From positions 48,670,001 through 48,734,000 of the forward strand of contig CM059443.1 in assembly GCA_030390025.1 (NCBI GenBank): a stretch of DNA of 64,000 nucleotides, written 5' to 3'. The number at the start of each line of letters is the position of its first letter. The stretch's first letter is position 1. This document shows positions 60,101-64,000 of this stretch, in pieces. The DNA comes from Squalus acanthias (taxonomy: Eukaryota). Position numbers and translations under genes: made by a program. Under the pieces are notes generated by a model that was not told the DNA's origin, ran no database searches, and worked only from the letters and a program-made list of their open reading frames with translations.

Positions 60101-62307
60101 TACATCCTCAAAGAACTCTAGTAAATTTGTCAAACACGATTTCTCTTTCATGAAACCATGTTGACTCTGCTTGATTGTATTATGATTTTCTAAATGTCCT
60201 GCTATTCCTTCCTTAATAATGGATTCCAGCATTTTCCCAATGACAGATGTTAGGTTAACTGGCCTATAGTTTCCTGCTTTCTGTCTCCCTCCTTTCTTGA
60301 ATGGGGAAGTTACATTTGGGGTTTTCCAATCCGCTGGGACATCTCCAGAATCCAGGGAATTTTGGTAAATTTTCACCAATGCATCCACTATCTCTGCAGC
60401 CACTTCTTCTAAGACTCTAGGATGCAGGCCATCAGGTCCAGGGGACTTGTCAGCCTTTAGTCCCATTAGTTTGCCTAGTACTTTTTCTCTAGTGATAGTA
60501 ATTGTTTTAAGCTCCTCCCTCCCTATAGCCTGTTCATTATCAATTATTATTGGGCAACTTGAGCATCTGACAGGCACAATTCCCCCTGTAATGGCCCTCA
60601 CAGACTTCACCCAGAAACTCTCCACTCACTGACACAGATGTGTCAGTACTGCAGATCACTATTCCAATAGAGCTCGAATAAACACTGAACCACATCTCCC
60701 AGTCAGACTCGATTGTAACTCAGACATCAGCCGTGTTGGACTGAGGATAGGAGCAGACGTCACTTATCATTTCAGGAACTCAGTCTGTCTGCAGACAGCA
60801 CCCACTACACACAGTCTGTTCAGAATTACCAGCAGCCAAATTACACAGAGACTGGTTACAAACCCCCCATTACACAGTCTGGATAGAGACCCCCCCATTA
60901 CACAGTCTGGATAGAGACCCCCCCCATTACACAGTCTGGATAGAGACCCCCCCCCATTACAGTCTGGATAGAGACCCCCCCCATTACAGTCTGGATAGAG
61001 ACCCCCCCCATTACAGTCTGGATAGAGACCCCCCCCATTACAGTCTGGATAGAGACCCCCCCCATTACACAGTCTGGATAGAGACCCCCCCCATTACAGT
61101 CTGGATAGAGACCCCCCCCATTACACAGTCTGGATAGAGACCCCTACCGCCCCCTCCAATCACAGTGTCAGTTCCCATTTCTTTACAGAAGAATCGTGAA
61201 ATGGGTGGGTCTGTAATGTACAGAAGGACCTGAGCTGCTCCATTTTGCCAGAGTTGCTGAATTCCAGCCCTGGTCCGTGTGGTGTTGTGGATCCCGCCCA
61301 GTGTGGTTTGCACCCTTTACACTTCTCCGCAGTATTTATTGGTGTGAGGCTCGGCTGAGTCATCAACCATAATTGTTACTTTAGAGTTCACAGTGATCGA
61401 GTCTGAGCACAAAATCTTACACAGAATTACATAGAATGTACGGCACAGAAACAGGCCATTCGGCCCAACTGCTCCATGCCGGTGTTAATGCTGCACAGGA
61501 GCCTCATCCCACCCCTCTTCATCAAACCCTGTCAGCAAATCCTTCTCACGCTTCTGAATCTTCCACCATTTAATTCTTAAAGTGAGATATGATTCTGCAG
61601 TAAGCGAACTTGGGATAGGATCAGCGCTGTTCTCGTACTTCATCTCTGCGCTGTTTTAAAACAGGTGTTGAACCAAAGATGTTTGCAGCACTGAAGGAAA
61701 CCGTTCGGCCCATCGTGCCAGTGCTGGCTCTTTGCCAGAGCAAACCCATTGCCCCCCACTCTCCCCACAGCCCTGTATCTTCCTCTGCTTCAAATGTTTT
61801 TCCAGTTTTACTTCAAAAGATGTAAAGGTCTCTGCCTCAACCACCCCGTGTGATAAATTTTTGGGAACGAAGGGAATTAAGGGATATGGGGATAGTGCAG
61901 GAAGGTGGAGTTGAGGTAGAAGATGAGCCAAGATTTTGTTGAATGGCGGAGCAGGCTTGAAGTGCCAAATGGCCTGCTCCAGCTCCTATTTCTTATGTAA
62001 AACAACCCTCTGTGTGAAGAATTTTTTCCTAACCTGTCTCCTCACTCTCAGTGGCACTTTTGAACTGACGCCCCATGATTAAACCATGTTAAAATGGCCC
62101 AGCAAGGACTGTGATGCAAGCTCATTAAACGTCCACACGAAAACAGCACTGATATCTTTCAATCCTTATATTTCTCCATTGGGATATAGATAGAAACTGA
62201 TATTTCCAGATAAGAAATATGTTGCAGGTTAACGTAAAATATTAATCCTTACCTGTAGCATGTTGGAACAGAAGGAAAAGACCCACAAACAAAGCACCGA
62301 GCGCCAT
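47941..62307 (-). CDS. IgSF paired-receptor-like gene, copy 3 (Tyr-motif tail, apparently intact; about 521 aa or more depending on stalk exons)
   Basis: Leader 62253-62307, D1 54559-54957, D2 53653-54114, stalk exons 53483-53515 / 53383-53448 / 50455-50487, TM 50255-50380, cytoplasmic 50123-50144 and 49991-50025, exon A 49710-49896, exon B 47941-48187/48191. AATAAA at 46004-46009. Confidence 0.8.
48535..48875. repeat. (TC)n/(TCTG)n tract containing assembly gap 48592-48728
   Basis: Direct; 137 Ns; paralogous to the first gap. Confidence 0.95.
49706..50144 (-). CDS. Copy 3 cytoplasmic exons 50123-50144, 49991-50025 and Tyr exon A 49710-49896 (CFPYSVV...VAYSVT...EHVYCLIEESMVKG)
   Basis: Phases 1-2, 2-1 and 1-2. 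Exon A ends GG|GTAAGC, which is either a donor or GGG TAA stop. Confidence 0.8.
50255..50487 (-). CDS. Copy 3 stalk micro-exon (50455-50487) and TM exon (50255-50380, GPDTATPVKVAIACAVVIICIVGVLCIVGALCIIQRKRQAAK)
   Basis: Canonical splice sites, phase 1-1, hydrophobic core. Confidence 0.85.
50575..53310 (-). mobile_element. Second-family LINE (endonuclease plus RT), in a copy 3 stalk intron
   Basis: EPTRGRNILDLVLTN...SDH endonuclease, ALDIKAAFDRVWH, MFADD; poly-T on plus at 50575. Confidence 0.9.
53653..54114 (-). CDS. Copy 3 V-set D2 plus stalk exon
   Basis: LFWIR and DTGRYLC; acceptor attcag, donor GTAAGC; 462 nt, phase 1-1. Confidence 0.85.
54559..54957 (-). CDS. Copy 3 Ig-like D1 exon
   Basis: Same splice sites, 399 nt, 7 Cys, basic central segment. 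Confidence 0.8.
55130..56100 (+). mobile_element. Penelope-like element 3' end, split by a minus-strand CR1 3' end (55203-55760)
   Basis: Encodes QRKLEEQHLIF..LGTLQPSGLNIEFNNF across the insertion; ctcat is present at both junctions. Confidence 0.75.
56200..58190 (+). mobile_element. Decayed L2-like LINE with nested second-family LINE (56990-58015), itself split by a minus CR1 (57165-57826)
   Basis: Degenerate L2-type RT text; ggacaa at both nested junctions. Confidence 0.65.
58200..58675 (+). mobile_element. tRNA-head Deu-domain SINE (SacSINE1/AmnSINE1-like), near full length
   Basis: A box tggctcagtgg, B box gagttcaagtc, Deu-like core ttttggatgacatattaaaccgaggcccc, tail gaaatgcaagtctttc. 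Confidence 0.8.
58865..60550 (-). mobile_element. CR1 LINE ORF2 3' half
   Basis: ORFs 59020-60625 carry RT motifs; acataaga tail. Confidence 0.9.
60865..61145. repeat. Minisatellite, about 10 copies of a 26-28 bp unit (C)n attac(ac)agtctggatagaga
   Basis: Direct tandem repeats visible. Confidence 0.95.
62253..62307 (-). CDS. Copy 3 leader exon MALGALFVGLFLLFQHAT(G)
   Basis: Paralog of the copy 1/2 leader; donor GTAAGG. Confidence 0.85.
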
Positions 62308-62439
62308 TTCACATTCCTAGCTGGTTCGGAAGCTGGGTGGCTGTTTCACCATCACACTCTGATCTGTGAGAGAAAATGAGAAGTGCAACCTTTAGAGGTG
62401 GTGAAAGAGAAAATCATCTTCCTGTTTGATCAGCTCAAC

Positions 62440-62930
62440 TACAACAACAACGACAACTTGCATTTATATAGCCCCTTTAATGTAGTAAAACATCCCAAGG
62501 TGCTTCACAGGAGTGTTACAAAACAAAATTTGACACCGGACCACATTAGGGCAGATGACCAAAAGCTTGGTCAAAGAGTTTTGAGGAGCGTCTTGAAGCA
62601 GAAAAGAGAGTTAGAGAGGTGAAGAGGTTTAGGCAGGGAATTCCAGAGCTTAGGGCCTCGGCAGCTGAAGGCACGGCCACCGATGGTTGAGCGATTGAAA
62701 TCGGGGATGCTCAAGAGGGCAGAATTAGAGGAGCGCAGTTATCTCGGAGGGTTGTGGGGCTGTGGGTGATTACAGAGATAGGGAGGGGTGATGCTATGGA
62801 CGGACTTGATAACAAGAATGAGAATTTTAAAATCCAGGCGTTAATTAACCGGGAGCCAATGTAGGTCAGGTTGATTTGTGAACGGGACTTGGTGCGAGTT
62901 AGGACATGGGCAGCAGAGTTATGATGACTC
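62440..62930 (-). mobile_element. L2-type LINE 3' end
   Basis: acaacaac...ttgcatttatatagc tail. Interrupts sequence that is contiguous at 14985-14995. Confidence 0.7.
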
Positions 62931-63659
62931 AGATGATATGTGTGCACTGACATTGTATTAATGGGCCTGAGGACAGCGATTGGGCTGTTCGTTCAACCCT
63001 CCAACCACAGAAAGGACTGGAGAGGTGAGACGCTCTGAAATACAAAGTGTATACTATGAGCGTGCCACTGTGTACCACAGTGATAGTGAGTAACACACTC
63101 GGCAGCCGTGTCATTTTCTACTGCCCACATAGAACAACACCCAGTGCAGGAAAGATTGTGAAACGCTTACTGAGACATAGAAGGAAGTTTTACATTAACC
63201 CACCCACCGGGAAAGTGACAGGATCGGGTGCAACACTGGTTTTACATCTCGCCCAATTGTACCCTCCATTGAGGTCTGTGTAGAGTAATATTGGGCAGGG
63301 TGTAAATGTGGCATTATACTGTGGGGCTCCCCCCGCACCCCCCTGCCCCGTTAACTTAAAATGACCCTCAGCTGCTCACCATACATGAAGCATTTGTTCC
63401 GTAAGATAAGTGAATCTGGGTGTAAGCTCTAGTTCCTGAAACTATGGAAACAGAATTTAATTGGACAGGATCAAAGTGGGTTCACTGGTCACTTTGGGGG
63501 TCAGCGAGCAATAGCAGACAGAAAGTTTCCCTGTACTGTAGTCCTGGCCGCAGGAGATTAGATACATTTGCTAAGATAGAGCAACTTGTACACAGTCTGA
63601 GAAGGGGGATGAAGAAAGAAAAGAAGAAAGAAAGCTAGAAAGAAAGATAGAAAGACAGG

Positions 63660-64000
63660 CAGACAGCCTTGCATTTATAACACGGCATTCATGACCTCAG
63701 GGCGTCTCAAAACGCTTTACAGCCAATTATTTACTTTTTGAAGTGCAGTCACTGTTGTAATGTGGGAAACACGGCAGCCAATATGCACACAGCAAGCTCC
63801 CACAAACAGCAATGTGATAATGACCAGACCAACTGTTTTTAGTGATGCTGATTGAAATAACTGCTGGCCAGGACACCGGGGAGAACTCCCTTGCTCTTCT
63901 TTGAAATAGCGCAGTGGGATCTTTCGCACCCACCTGAGCGGGCAGACGGGGCCTCGGTTTCACGTCTCATCCGAAAGATGGCACCTCAAACAGTGAAGGA
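63660..64000 (-). mobile_element. Deu-domain SINE (runs off the window)
   Basis: Reverse complement of the 58200-58675 family. Confidence 0.8.

Noticed and set aside
60865-61145. CRISPR-like array
   Set aside because: Head-to-tail repeats with no unique spacers, in a eukaryotic context.

Overview
Eukaryotic, TE-rich (roughly two thirds) genomic DNA. The repeats (CR1 LINEs with SGNH-esterase ORF1, a second CR1/L2-group LINE family, Deu-domain SINEs, Penelope) suggest a cartilaginous fish. The non-repetitive part is a minus-strand tandem cluster of three paralogous immunoglobulin-superfamily type I membrane receptor genes, which I reconstructed exon by exon from GT-AG sites and phase. The layout is leader, Cys-rich divergent Ig domain D1, V-set domain D2 with an S/T-rich stalk, stalk micro-exon, TM exon and cytoplasmic exons. 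The copies look like a paired-receptor system. Copy 1 (6263-14852) has a TM with a YT-x4-IRM motif like FcR-gamma-coupled activating receptors, an intramembrane Asp and a tyrosine-free tail. Copies 2 (25717-36698) and 3 (47941-62307) have a neutral TM core and tails with up to five tyrosine motifs. Copy 2 appears to be a chimera (copy-1 ectodomain, copy-3 tail) made by a ~18-22 kb tandem duplication, and a CR1 insertion splits one of its signalling exons. I cannot assign the family to a named gene without a database search. All gene models and difference counts are manual.
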